This document shows, piece after piece, positions 41,057 through 54,508 of a stretch of 64,000 bases of DNA; position 1 is the first letter of the stretch, and the number at the start of each line of letters is the position of its first letter. The stretch covers positions 62,001 through 126,000 of the forward strand of contig MCFH01000081.1 of NCBI GenBank assembly GCA_002104945.1, read 5' to 3'. Made by a program: the position numbers and the translations under genes. The notes beneath the pieces were generated by a model. That model made no database searches. It saw nothing but the letters and a program-made list of their open reading frames with translations, and was not told where the DNA came from. The stretch comes from Piromyces finnis finn. Lineage: Eukaryota; Fungi; Neocallimastigomycota.

Positions 41057-42049
41057 ATTATTTAACATCAACTTTTGTAATAGAGTATTTTTTTAATTAT
41101 TTTAAAAATTTTTTTAAATTAATTTTCATTCTTTATGTCAAATCATTTTCTTCTTTTTTTTTTTTTTTTAATAGTAATATTTTTTTTATCATCAAATTTT
41201 CACCAACAATGAAATTATAGATAATACCTTTTCATCATAATTTCTTCATCTATATATTTATTTTATTATAATAAATTATAATAAAAAAGTAAAAAGTAAA
41301 AAGCAAAAAAAAAAAAAAAAAAATAATAATAATAAAAGATAATAAAAAAAAAAAAAGATAAAAAAAAAGTAATTTCTAAATACTTTTTTTTTGTTTTATT
41401 ATTATTTTCATCATAATACTACTACTACTATTTAGGTAATAGTTATATTAGTTTAAAAAAGCAAATGAAATGAACTATAGCAATTAAACAAATTAAAAAA
41501 AAAAAAAAAAAAGTAGAAAAATATATATATTTAATTAATAAATAAACATTTAAAAAAAAAAAAATTAAATAATAATCATAGAGAAAGAAAGGAAAAAAGG
41601 GTGACGGTGAAGCAAGTATTAGTAATGGTTAAGAAATAAAAAAAAAAAAAGTAGATGAATAAAAAGTTTTTTTTTTTTTTTAATTTCTATCATAAAAAAA
41701 GTTTTATTATTTGTAATTTTTTTTTTTTTTTTGATTTTTTTTTTAATATTTTTATTTTATATAAAGTTGACATATACCTACATTTATAGGTCACTATTGA
41801 ATAGATATACTTTAATAGATATCTATGAAAATAAGAGAAATAAATTATTATTGTAGGGGTTATGCTTAAAATATAATTATTATATATAATGATTTATGAT
41901 TTATGATAATGATGATCGATTATTTTTTTTTAAAGAAAATATTATATAGTTTTCATATATATATATATACATATATTTATTTATTTTATGATGATTATGA
42001 TCATTATTACAATTTTTTATTTTATTTTATTTATTTTATTTTAATAATT

Positions 42050-44867
42050 CTATATTTCAATCTTTGATTGTGCTACATGATGTAAATGATTTGGTGAATT
42101 ATGGAATAAACTTTTATACATATAAGCTTCCGATAATAGTAGTTCAATATCTTGATCTGTCCAATCTTTTGTAGGTATATGTTGTAAAAATATAACTATA
42201 TCTTGGAATTCTTTCAATTTTAATTCTTTTGACCATTTAACAAGTAATGAAGCACAAACATAAGTATGAAATTCGGAAAATCCATTAGGTTCACACTATT
42301 TTTTATAAATAAAATTTTATATTGAAAAATATAGAAATAATAAAAATTAATTTGTTATTATTATCATTCAAATTATAAATTGGTATACTATTTTTTTTAT
42401 AACTCATATTCTATTTCCATTTCCATTTCTATCTTTATATATATTCTTTCAAAAAAAAAAAAAAAAAAAAAAAAAATTTATAAATACTTACAATATAAGT
42501 GTCCCACATTCTTATTATATTTTGTAATGAAATTTCACGCATTAATAAACAATTCATCCATCGGAATGCAAATTGTAAAAAGTTTACATTTTCTTCCTTT
42601 AAATGATTATATAATTGTTCATCAATACGATTGGTAAGTTCATTCATTTTTTCTACTTGACGAACAATACCTGGTTGGGCATGTATATAATTATCCTATA
42701 TGGAATCCATTTTAAATAACAATAATAAATAAGATATCATGATAACTATAAATATCTTTTTTTTTTTTTTTAAATAGGTAAAACATACTTGAATACCGTC
42801 TAATAAAATAGTTAAACACCAAAATGAATCGGCTTCAACATTAGTTAATTGTTCTTTTGGGAATGAATCAAAATCGTATTTATTAATATGTTTCAAAGCT
42901 ATACATTAAATGATAATGATCATAACAATAGTAATATTATCAATAATAAAATGGGTTGAAAAAATAAATGAATTACTATATTCATTCTTTATAAAATATA
43001 TAATTTTATATAATGTGTAATTTTAATTTTAAAATTATAAACCATCAAATGAAAATTTTATAAACTTACGCATATATTTTGATAAAAATACATGATAAAA
43101 GGGTGTAATTAAATCATTAATTCCTTGAACATAACCACTAGCTGTATGCCGTATAGCCCAACAATATAATATTTTTTCTAATGACTATTTATATTGGATA
43201 TATATATTAGTTTAATTAAATATAAATCTTTATATATATATATGTATAAAGTAATATTTCATTTCATACTCTTTGAATAATTGGATTTTGGTATAATGAT
43301 ATATCTGGATTTGTTCTTGGTACATCAATATGAATCTTTATTAATATTAAATTAAAATAATTTTTAGTTTTATTTTTTTTATTTTTTTTTTTTCTAAAAA
43401 AAAAGTATATCTATATAATTATAATGTATAATTCGTAAAAAAAAAAAAAAAAAGAAAAAAAAAATTACTTGATGATATATTGATTGATCTAATCCTTTTG
43501 TTCCATTTTTAAATGTTTCTGTTACTATTTTTATATATTCATTTCTTTTTGATTTCAATACTGCTTCTCTTTCTTCTGAATTACATGGTAAATAACCCTT
43601 TATTAAGTAGAATAAATAATATATATATTGATAAATATATTAGCGAAAGTAATAAAAAAAGATATTCTAATTTCAATTATTTTCAATAGGTCATTCTTTG
43701 AGCTTGATATAAATTATTTACCATAAGCATTTGCCAAGCTTCTGGTCTATATTCTTCAGGTATACCGGACCATGATAATTTTTTCAATTTTACTAAAATA
43801 TTTTAAATATTTTATTGTTGTATTTTTTGATAGTATACAAAAAATTAACTATTAATCCTTATTGAATCTATACAACAAAATTTCCTTTTTTTTTTTTTTA
43901 ATTATTTTCTATTTATAATATATATATCAATATATCAATAGATATATACCAATATCTACATCTGGTTCTCTAAGTATTGATTCAAATTTCTTAATACGGG
44001 CAATATCATTATTAATTTTTGCTATTTCAGATGCTGTCTTTTCATCTATCGTTTTTTCTTAATTATTATTATAATAAATAGTATCGTTTTTTTTTTTTTT
44101 CATTTTTTTAAAAAAATGAAAAAAAAAATAAATGTTTTATGAATATTTATTTTACACATACTTTTATAGAAAAAAAATTTTTTTTTTATTTTTTTTCATT
44201 CATATTACTATTAATTAATAATAAAAAATATATTACTTTTTGGCATTTCAACAGGTGAACTAATACTACTATTACTGCTACCATATGACATAAAAGGAAC
44301 GTCAAGTGGTGAAAGAGAAGAAGCTGTATTTCTTTTTAATTTTTCAATATCATTTGGATCAAATTCATCTAAATCATCATTCCAGTCTGAATCTGTAGCA
44401 TTTAAATAATCTTTAAATTGTTGTTGTGAAGAACTACTTATTGATAAATGTGGTGAACTACCAGTTGGTGAATGTCTTTTTTTTTTTTTTAAATATTTTA
44501 AATAATTAAAATAATAATAACAATAATAATAACGATATAGAGATATAAAAAGTTACTGGTAAGATAAAAAATATATATAATTTATTCTTTTTCTTATTAT
44601 TATTATACAATAAAGTTATTATAAGATATGTACGAATCTGATGTATCAATTGGAAGACCATGTTCATCCACTAATGACTTTGATAAACGTTTACTATTCA
44701 TATCGATATTTTTTTAAAAATTCAAATATAATAAAATAGGATAGGAAATTGAATAAAACTATTTATTGTTGACTATTTATATTACTAGCACTAATAAAGT
44801 ATTAAAGTATATACCTAGGAAGTTGTGGAGAAGAACGTCTCCATAGATATCTTTGATAATCACTCAT
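42050..44867 (-). CDS. GYP1: TBC-domain Rab GAP Gyp1/TBC1D22, multi-exon
   Basis: Contains LSWSGIPEEYRPEAWQML, IHIDVPRT (Arg finger), WAIRHTASGYVQGINDL (Gln finger), EADSFWCL, DNYIHAQPGI, FLQFAFRWMNCLLMRE and RMWDTY. Confidence 0.93.
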
Positions 44868-46059
44868 TCGTTACTTTTTATCTTATTAAGTATTTTAAAA
44901 CTTTCTTTTAATAAAATGCTATTATTTTTATATTGAAAGAACGATATTTAAAGTTCACTTGAAACAATTGAGAATGATAAAGGTTGGTTGTTATTGGAAT
45001 TGAATAAAAAAAAAAAAAAAAAAAAGAAAATAACGAAAAATAAATTTATAGATAGAAAAAAGGAAAAGAGTTAATACTTTTTATAATATTTATAATATAT
45101 GAAATAATATTTTAACCTTACCTATTAATATAAATGAAAGTTTCTTAATTGATAACAGTGTTACTTTATTTATTATTACTATTTTTTTTTTTTTGAATAA
45201 TATCAGTTATATTGTATAGTGTCTTTTATTTTTTAGTTAAAATGAATATTATTTTGACAACATATACTATATATATTGATATATAAATAAATATATTTTA
45301 ATAAGAATTATTTTTTTTTTATTTATATTAACGTTGAGTTATGACTATAAATGTATATATTGTTGTTATTATTTTTAGTTTATATTTTTACAGGGGTGAA
45401 CTATAAATTTATCACAGTTACTATAATTATTATTATTTTTAGGTCTATTCTTTTTTTCTTTTCTTAAAAGTATCTTTCTACTTTACAACCCAATTAAATA
45501 GGTAAAAAAAAAATAAAAAAAAAAAAGAAAAAGAAATAAATAAATTTTATTATTATTTTTATTTGCTTGCTTTTCTTTTGATGTATAAAAAATTTACTTG
45601 CCTAATTTGTTCATAATAAAATATCAAGCCACGTTAATTTTTTTTTTTTTTTTAGTATTATTCTATGGTGAAACAAAAAAATGATAATAAAATTATGCAT
45701 ATAAAATTTAATTTAAATTTTGATCAGGGATGAAAATTAAAAAAGCATAATTTTTACATGCCTTTTATTAGGATGGGGAAAAGAATTAATAAAATAGTTA
45801 GTTGTTTAAAGAAAAGTATTCATTATAATATCTTTTTTTATTATTAAGCTATTGACATCCTACTAAAAGATAGGTATAAAAATGATAATAATTTGATTAA
45901 TTAAATAAAAAATTAAAAACTAATTAATTAGTTATTTCTAAATTGTTATTTCTAATATTAGATTAGGTAATATGAGATTTCATCAAAAAAGATAAATTAT
46001 TTAATTAATAATTTTAATTTATAGTAATTATTAATAAATAATAATAATATTGGAAAGAT

Positions 46060-46069
46060 TAAAATATTA

Positions 46070-46105
<36 letters not shown>

Positions 46106-46190
46106 ATAGATAAATAAATAAATAAATAAATAAATAGATAAATAAATAAATAAATAGATAAATAAATAAATAAATAAATAAATAAATAGA

Positions 46191-46237
<47 letters not shown>

Positions 46238-46238
46238 A
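46060..46238. repeat. (AAAT)n microsatellite with AGAT variants
   Basis: About 44 tetramer units read directly, just upstream of the JTB-like gene. Confidence 0.95.
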
Positions 46239-46360
46239 TTGAAATTATTAATTGTCAATTTAATAATAATAATAAAAAATAATAATAGATAAATATAAAA
46301 TAAATAAATAAATAAATAATTTTAATATTCTTTAAAACAAAATATAAAATAAAATCGAAA

Positions 46361-47234
46361 ATGTTTTTTAATAGAAATAATAATGTATTCATATTTTGTA
46401 TAATTTCTTTTTTATTTATAAAGTATGTTGTAATACGCTTTATAAAATAAAGTTTGATATATATATTATATTTTTATTAACTTACCTATTCCTAAATTAT
46501 TCCATAATATTTATTTATAAAAATTTATTAGTACCCAAGCATTCATTTATCCTAATGATTATTCAACTATAAAGGTAAAAAGAGGAAACCCAAAGATATA
46601 CCATTCTTTTCCAATTGGACAATGCATTCGTTGTGAAAGTGATGATTTTGTAATTACTATTATTTTTTCTTTCACTTTATATTAAGATACCAATAAATTA
46701 TTGTTATTATTTAATTATATTATTATTCAATATTCATTGATGTTTATATACATTTTTTTTTTTTTAATTTGAATTACCCATTTATTTATAAAATTAACGA
46801 AATTATTAATAATAGAAAAAAGATGTATCTTACTGTAAAGATACCGGTTATAAACAATTAGTTCAATGGTCTGTAGAAGAAATTTATTTAAAGGATAATG
46901 AAGAAATAGAAGATTACAAACTTCATTCGGAAGATATTATTGTTTTACCAAATAAAAATATAAAAAAAGATAAATTACCAAAATATAGAGCTTGCTATCA
47001 TCAAAAACGTGATATGGATGTTAAAAACTTTATAAAATTTCAAGTATGTATTATTATATGTAAATATTTACATTACGAATATACATCATTAATTTTAAAT
47101 TATTATTACTGCTATACATTTTAAAGTTTTTTTCGGCAATTATTGGAGTTTCAACTTTTGTACTTACAATGTATAGAAAAAAGAAAAATATGAAACAACA
47201 ATATTTAAATATTTTAAGATTAATAAGAAAATAA
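46361..47234 (+). CDS. JTB (jumping translocation breakpoint)-like single-pass membrane protein, 4 exons
   Basis: Signal-peptide-like MFFNRNNNVFIFCIISFLFINTQA, then GQCIRCESDDFKKDVSYCKDTGYKQLVQW...YRACY...FIKFQ, a TM segment and a basic tail. This matches JTB (ECxxC...CxxTGY...SC...FWKF-TM-basic). Not in the ORF track. Confidence 0.7.
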
Positions 47235-47530
47235 TACTAATAAATCTTTCAAAATACGAATCAAAATACCATCACTAAAATTGAAACACAAAATCAATAA
47301 AACAATTAATTATTGTAATAAATTATTCTTTTCGAAATTTCATAAATAATAAATTCAAATATATTAATTATTAGAAAATATATATAAATAATAATAGAAA
47401 TAAAAACTAGATTATAAATACATATATATATATAATATACTCATGCTATAGATTCTTTTATTTTTGTACTTTTTTTTTTTTCAATGAAATTAAATAATCA
47501 ACGTTTATTTTTTTTTTTATTCAATTGTAA

Positions 47531-48898
47531 TTATTTTTTCGATTTTCTTTTAATAAGACCTTGAATATTATTTATATTGGTATTATTATTATTATTTTGT
47601 TCTTGAGAAGGATTTTTTCTTTTAATTAATCCTTGAAGATTATTTATACCATGATTTGTTTCTGATGCTTGTTGTGAGGATGTCTTTTTCTTTTTTATTA
47701 AACCTTGAATATCGTTAACATTTTTTCTTTTAATGCAACCAGTTAAATTATTGACAGTACCGTTGGAAATAAAAGCATCATTAGATGTCTTATTTTCCAA
47801 ATCTTTTTTTAACTCATAATTAAAATAAAGTATTTTATTATTTTTACTTAACTTCTTTAAATGGTTATGAAGTGTTTTCGAAGAAGAAATTGAATCTTCT
47901 TCGAGGGCATAATTAAGGGACAAGATAATATCCATAAGTGAATTAAATTCTTTATTACTTAAATAGACGTTAGAATTGTTTATTTTTTCTTTTTCTTTTT
48001 GGTGAGAAGAAAGAATTTCAAGTATTATACAAGCTGATACATTTCCAGAAAAATTCTCAATAGCAAGATATTCAAAAAGTTCTCTTACCGTCGTTTTTTC
48101 ATTAATTAAAGAAGCTCTTTTTTCACTATGAATGAGGGAATTTTTTGGATCATCAGGAAATTGTGGTATACTATCAAGTGCCAATGCTGTTTTTTCAAAT
48201 GGATAACCCCAAGTCCATGGACAAACCGAAGAATCCGTTTTTAATTGACTTTTTAAATTTTCTATATTGTCTTCTTTCTTTATGGTTTGTATTTGTCCAA
48301 TTCGTTCTCCTGTTGGACAATACCAAAAACCTTTCTCCGGTATAAAAACTTTTGGATAGTGAGAAAGGGTTTTTATCCACCAATTAATTAGTTCAGTGTC
48401 AGATAGTATATGCTTATTCATATTATTGGCATCATCAGATGTTGGGAAAAGATAATTTGGTTTAGCTCTGGTATATAAGTGTAAAGTAACGGAAAATCCC
48501 GAATTTTTATATAAATTTTGGTAATAACTTAAATAACCCAATATTATTGCACGAATAAGAGATAACGGTTGTCTTTCCAGTACTTCCCAACCCGATGTAT
48601 CAATTTTAGAAATGTATAGAACAATTTTTTTTTCATTTACATTGACATACTCATTACATAACATTCCAGCATTAAATAAAGTTTCTTTATCCTTTTCAGA
48701 TTCTTTGTCAGTATTATTTTTTGAAGCGGCAAGTATTAAAATATTACTCATATCATAACTATTATTATCATTCTTTTTTTTTTTCAATTGTTTTTTTGAA
48801 TACAAATTCTTTTTTTCCGGTTGACTACGTATTATGTATAAATCAATATTTGCATGTCCATAAAGATTACTGATAGCTTTTATTATATACTCTTTCAT
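47531..48898 (-). CDS. RTT109: Fungal histone H3K56 acetyltransferase Rtt109
   Basis: Contains YISKIDTSG, LYTRAKPNYLFPTS, KHILSDTELINWW, IPQFPDDPK and a basic C-terminal tail. Intronless, 455 aa. The RQE motif typical of the family is not recognisable. Confidence 0.9.
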   Translation of the reverse strand: MKEYIIKAISNLYGHANIDLYIIRSQPEKKNLYSKKQLKKKKNDNNSYDMSNILILAASKNNTDKESEKDKETLFNAGMLCNEYVNVNEKKIVLYISKIDTSGWEVLERQPLSLIRAIILGYLSYYQNLYKNSGFSVTLHLYTRAKPNYLFPTSDDANNMNKHILSDTELINWWIKTLSHYPKVFIPEKGFWYCPTGERIGQIQTIKKEDNIENLKSQLKTDSSVCPWTWGYPFEKTALALDSIPQFPDDPKNSLIHSEKRASLINEKTTVRELFEYLAIENFSGNVSACIILEILSSHQKEKEKINNSNVYLSNKEFNSLMDIILSLNYALEEDSISSSKTLHNHLKKLSKNNKILYFNYELKKDLENKTSNDAFISNGTVNNLTGCIKRKNVNDIQGLIKKKKTSSQQASETNHGINNLQGLIKRKNPSQEQNNNNNTNINNIQGLIKRKSKK

Positions 48899-49403
48899 TT
48901 TTAAATAAGATAATAATTTATATATATATATATAAATTCCTTGAAATCTTTATTATTGTAATTTGTCTATATGGAATAAAATAAAAAAAAAAGAAAAAAA
49001 ATTTTTTTTTTTTTAAATAATATTAAATAATAAAATTAATATTAAATATTATTTTATTTATTTATTAATTTTTACCTAATAAATAATTTTGTATTAATTT
49101 AAAAAAAAAAAATAACAATAACATTCATAATAAAAATGAAAATTAAATAAATTTATTATAATTAATTAATAATTAATTAAATTTTTTATATTGAAATTTT
49201 TCATCAAAAAAAATTTTATAAAATTAAATTTTCTTTTTTTTTAAAAAGAATACTTTTTTTAAAAAAAAAAAATAAATTTATTTTAGACATTTATATTTTT
49301 CAATAACATAACAATTAAACAAAATAAAAAGAAAAGTTTTGTTTTTTGGAAAATTAAATATTAAATAATAAAATAAAATAATATTAAATAATAATTGCCT
49401 AAG

Positions 49404-51708
49404 ATGTTTTTAACCAGATCTGAAGTAAATATTATTTAAACAATCCATTTGAAAATTTAATATAGAGAAAACTAAATGAAAATTTTAAAAATATCAATAT
49501 TATAAAGAACGCTATTTCTTTTTTTTTTTTTTTTTTTTTTTTAAGCATTTTAAAAACAATAAATTGGTTCAAATTTCTATTTGGATATCAAGATATATAT
49601 AGAATAATCTTAAATATACTAATTTAATATACTAAAGATACACTTTATCATAAATAGAATTAATAATTAATAATTAACGTATAGTAATCAATAAATATTT
49701 TACCTATAAAAATTAATCAATCAATAAAAGATAAATATTACAACAACAAGTATAGATAAATAAAAAAAATTAATAATAATAGTAATCTTATTTATAAAAA
49801 AAAATAATGCATGATAGTTCAATTCATATTTAAACAGTTTCTAATATATTAGTTTATTTAGAAATCACATATACTAATGATATAATGTTAAATTTTATAT
49901 TTTAATGTAGTATGATAGAGGTGTAAATACTTTCTCTCCAGAAGGTAGATTGTTCCAAGTTGAATATGCTATTGAAGCCATTAAGGTAAAATTATAATAT
50001 TTTGTAATAATCTTTCTAATTTTTTTTTTGTTCTTGTTTTTGTATAATAATTTGCAGATTATAAATCAATAATTATTATATATGGATCAATTAAAATGAA
50101 TAAATATAATAAACAAGAATTAGATAATTTAAACTTTATTGGATAAAGAATTCTAAATAATGTATAGAAAATAAAATAGTATAAAAAAAAAAAAAAAAAA
50201 AAGATACAATCATTTTTCATACATATTATTATTATTAATATTATAATGAAGAAATGAAAAAAAAAAAAAATAAATTGAAATAACATTTTAATATCAATAT
50301 GAACATATTAAAAACATTCATAATTATAATTTTCAATATATATAAACTTATGACTATTAAATATCTTTTTGAATAGATAATAACATTTTAAATGATCAAT
50401 AAATAAATGTATAATACATTTATATTAAATAAATCAAAATTAATGAAATGTATATTACATTATTTATATGAAATATCCTATTCAGTTTATTATATATATT
50501 CATTATATATTCACTTATTACCAAAATTAATTGGATAATAGCAATTATAATTAACAATGGTTTAACAATATATATTTGTTTTTTTATTAAATAAAATATA
50601 ATTGATGAAATGAAATATTAAATAATATAAAGATGGGTTCAACTGCCATTGGTATTCAAACTTCTGAAGGTGTTATCCTTGCTGTAGAAAAGCGTATTAC
50701 TTCAACTTTATTAGAACCAAGTTCTATTGAAAAGATTTTAGAAATTGATTCTCATGTTGGTTGTGCTATGTCTGGTTTAAATGCTGATGCCAGAACTATG
50801 ATTGATCACGCTCGTGTTCAAGCTCAAGTATATATTAAAAAAAACATTTTTATATATATAATATATAATATCAATGAAAAAAACATCATTTTAATATATA
50901 TATATATTTATTATTATATTCTCCAAAAAAATGTAAATTCATTAGAACCACACTTTTGTATATGATGAACCAATTAAGATTGAAAGTATTACTCAAGCTA
51001 TTTGTGATCTTGCTTTAAGATTCGGTGAAGGTGCTCAAGGAGAAGAATCTATTATGGTAAATATCAAGTGTTAATTTATTAAAAATTTAATCGTATTAGT
51101 TAATCCTATTAAATTCTTTTTCATTATTTTCCCTTTAATATTTTTTTACATAATAGAGTCGTCCATTTGGTGTTGCCTTATTAATTGCTGGTTGTGATGA
51201 AAATGGACCACAACTGTAACTATTATTATTTTTATTTCTATAGTAATAAGGCATTATATCTATTCAAAATTTGGTGTGGATTAAATATTAAACTATTCTT
51301 TTCTTTTTAATAATCAAATGTATAAAATATTATATAATATGTTAGTTTCCATGCTGATCCATCTGGTACTTTCACTAAATACCAAGCTAAGGCTATTGGT
51401 TCTGGTTCTGAAGGTGCTCAAACTGAATTACAAGAAAACTACCACAAGGTATTTAATAATAGCCTAGTATATAGAAATTAATGTGGATTTTTTTTTATTT
51501 ATTAAATTATTGTTTATTATTTATTTTTAATTGTATTTTCTAGTCATTAACTTTAAAAGAAGCCGAAACTTTATCATTAAAGGTTTTAAAGCAAGTTATG
51601 GAAGAAAAGGTTAATTCTGTAAATGTTCAATTATGTTCAGTTACTCCAAATGAAGGTTTCCATATCTATAGTGAAGAAGAAGTTAATGAAATCATCAATA
51701 CCTTATAA
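49404..51708 (+). CDS. PUP2: 20S proteasome subunit alpha5, ~6 exons
   Basis: Spliced product [42 protein letters not shown]...LRFGEG...[13 protein letters not shown]...[11 protein letters not shown]...KQVMEEK. Confidence 0.97.
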
Positions 51709-52018
51709 GTCAATTGTTAGTGCGAATATTTTTTTTTAACGAAAATTTAGCATTAAAAAAAAAAAAAATACATCTACACCAACAACTAAATTTAATAAGT
51801 ATTAACTATTGATCCTTTAAAAATAAAAACATCTATATTGTACAATATAATTTCATAACCTTTTTATTTTCAACAAAAAAATACAACACGAAATAAAACT
51901 AAAATATTATACAATCATATTAACTATAAAAAGAAAATAATATGACCATCAAAATAGCAATTATACTCAATAATTAAAATAATTATAATTTTTTTTTTTT
52001 AAAAAAAAAATAACAATA

Positions 52019-52059
<41 letters not shown>

Positions 52060-52118
52060 AATTAATATATAAAGCATTAACAATCTTTTAATAATTAAAT
52101 AATAAAAAAAAAATTACA

Positions 52119-52153
<35 letters not shown>

Positions 52154-52742
52154 AATACATTTATATGCTGCTACCATTTCATTTTATTTTATTTATGTAT
52201 TATTAATACTTTAAATTGTTATTAAAAAGGAAAAAACTTAAAAAGTATAAAATATTAAGAAAATTGATAAAATCTTTTTTTTAAAAAAAAAAGGATTTGA
52301 TTGTCCAATATTATTTTATAAATAATCATAACCTACAATAGTTTTTATTTTTAATTATTTTCAGTTAGCATTAAGGTATTTTTAAAAGAGCTAATTAGAA
52401 TTATATTGTTATATTATTTACAGATTTAATATCTCTATATCATTTATTTATTTATTATTATTAGATATGAAAGGAAAAAAGAAAATTAATATTATTTATA
52501 ATACATATTTATTGTATATCTATTATGATTTTCTTTATGGGTATTTTAAAAAAAAAGAGAAGAAAAAAAAAACATCTTAATTTTTATAAAATGTCTTTAT
52601 TTTTTTTTAATTCCTAAGATATTATTATAATAACAATTCTTTGTATTTGTTAAACCTTTTGCTATCTTTTTTTAAAGTTTTATAATTCATTCAAATTAAA
52701 GAATAGAAAATAACAACAACTACAAGATAACTAAAATTTTAA

Positions 52743-53696
52743 TTATTTATTAATGAGTCCCATTTCTATTTCTTCTGTATTTCTGTCATAATTCTGAGAT
52801 ACTTTATTAGATCCGGATAATAAAATTGGTTCTAATTCTTTTTTCATACATAAGCGTTCACTCCCTATGGATACACCAGTAATATTTAATATCATAGTAA
52901 ACCACCAGAAAAATCCTGTTGGGAAATGACTATATACTGTACATACAATTAGGTGATAGAAAAAGAATGTACAAGTGAAATCTAAACATAATTTTGTACG
53001 TTCAACAATAATTAGTATACATAAACATCTATTATATATATTGAATATTTCAATTTGTTTTTGTTCGTTTGTTTGTTTGTTTTTTTTTGTTTTTTTTTTT
53101 TAAAAAAAAAAAAGGTTATATTTATTTAGTATCCAGTTAAGAAAAATATTTATCATTAAACAATTGACATTTAATACATAATATAAAGAATAGAGAGAAT
53201 AATTATAAAATATATAAAAGAAAGATAAATGACTGTTAGAAATATATTCTATTTTATTATTATTGCTATTATTTTAAAATAGTAAAGTAAATAAAAATAC
53301 ATCTTTATTTTCTAATTAAATAGAAAATAAAATTCAATTCATTTATAACAAATATATCATTAATGCTTTATTATTAAAGAGAATAAATCCTATTATTTAT
53401 TATTGTTTTGTTTCTTTTCTTTTTTTTTTAAAAAAAAAAAAAAAAAAATTAAATGGATAAACTTACAAAAATGCACTAACAACAAATGATGATATCATAA
53501 TAACCCATCCTGAAACTTCTTTTGAAATTAAATAATCCACATCAAATATATAGTCGAGTGATAATGGTGTTCCAAATAAAAATGATTCAAATAATAATAA
53601 AATTGATGCGAATAGGTATGTTAAAAATTGAATGGAAACAATTTGTAATATAATAAGAATTGGATCCCAATTTTTTGATTTAAAATTATTTGCCAT
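52743..53696 (-). CDS. SYS1: Golgi membrane protein Sys1, 2 exons
   Basis: Contains WDPILIILQIVSIQ...IVERTKLCLDFTCT...HLIVC...FPTGFFWW...SERLCMKKELEPI. Confidence 0.92.
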
Positions 53697-54314
53697 TGCT
53701 ATTTTTCTTTCTTTATTTATTTTCTATTTTTAAATATAATAATAGCTTTTTTCGTTTTTTTTTTTTTTTATTTTTATAATTAAAATTAATATTTCATTTT
53801 ATTTTTTTTTTAACTTTACCTTTTATTTTATTTAGAAGAATATAACTACTATTTGTTATATCAAAATACATTTACATTCCAATCAAACATTATTGTAGAA
53901 AATGAAAATAATAGGTATGTTATTTTATCATGTGATTATATGTAAAAAACAATTAATCTATGTACAATTTACATTAAATATATATTTAATTCTGTTAAAG
54001 AATGTATAGTGTATATTTAAACTGGTATAAAAGCTAGGATAATAAATAAAATTATAAAATTAGTATCCGTATTCATAAAATGAATATTTTATTACATCAA
54101 TAGCATCATTTTTCTATATTATTATTAAAAATACGAAATAGTTAATTCTAACAATTTTATCTATAGAATGGATTATAAATGGAACTCAATAATCTGTTTG
54201 TTTAGACTATGTGAAAATGTATAATATTTAAAATAGATAAAAAAAATATTTTACTTATTATACATATTACAACACATATTATGATGGAAGGAATGCTACT
54301 CACTACAACTAGAA

Positions 54315-54508
54315 ATATATGTTCTAGTTGTAATATAGGTTATATTTTTGTTTAACATATATTTCTAATTGTAATATAGGTTATATTTTTGTTTAACATA
54401 TATGTTCTAGTTGTAATATAGGTTATATTTTTGGTTAACATATATGTTCTAGTTGTAATATAGGTTATATTTTTGTTTAACATATATGTTCTAGTTGTAA
54501 TATAGGTT
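54315..54508. repeat. 42-bp tandem repeat, ~4.6 copies
   Basis: Unit ATATATGTTCTAGTTGTAATATAGGTTATATTTTTGTTTAAC starts at 54315, 54357 (41 bp), 54398, 54440 and 54482 (partial). Confidence 0.95.

Noticed and set aside
45755-45775. GCCTTTTAT resembling U5 snRNA loop I
   Set aside because: The invariant loop is GCCUUUUAC. No supporting stem or Sm site was found.
46070-46258. ORF encoding YLFI repeats
   Set aside because: It is a translation of the (AAAT)n microsatellite.
53833-54240. Possible plus-strand exons (EYNYYLLYQNTF...; MDYKWNSII...)
   Set aside because: No start codon or recognisable product, so support is insufficient.
54315-54508. 42-bp array read as a CRISPR array
   Set aside because: The units are head-to-tail without unique spacers, no cas genes are present, and the context is eukaryotic.
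54315-54508. Plus-strand frame ICSSCNIGYIFV*H resembling Cys-rich repeats if TAA were read as Gln
   Set aside because: TAA terminates many genes in this window, so there is no evidence for recoding. Likely coincidence.
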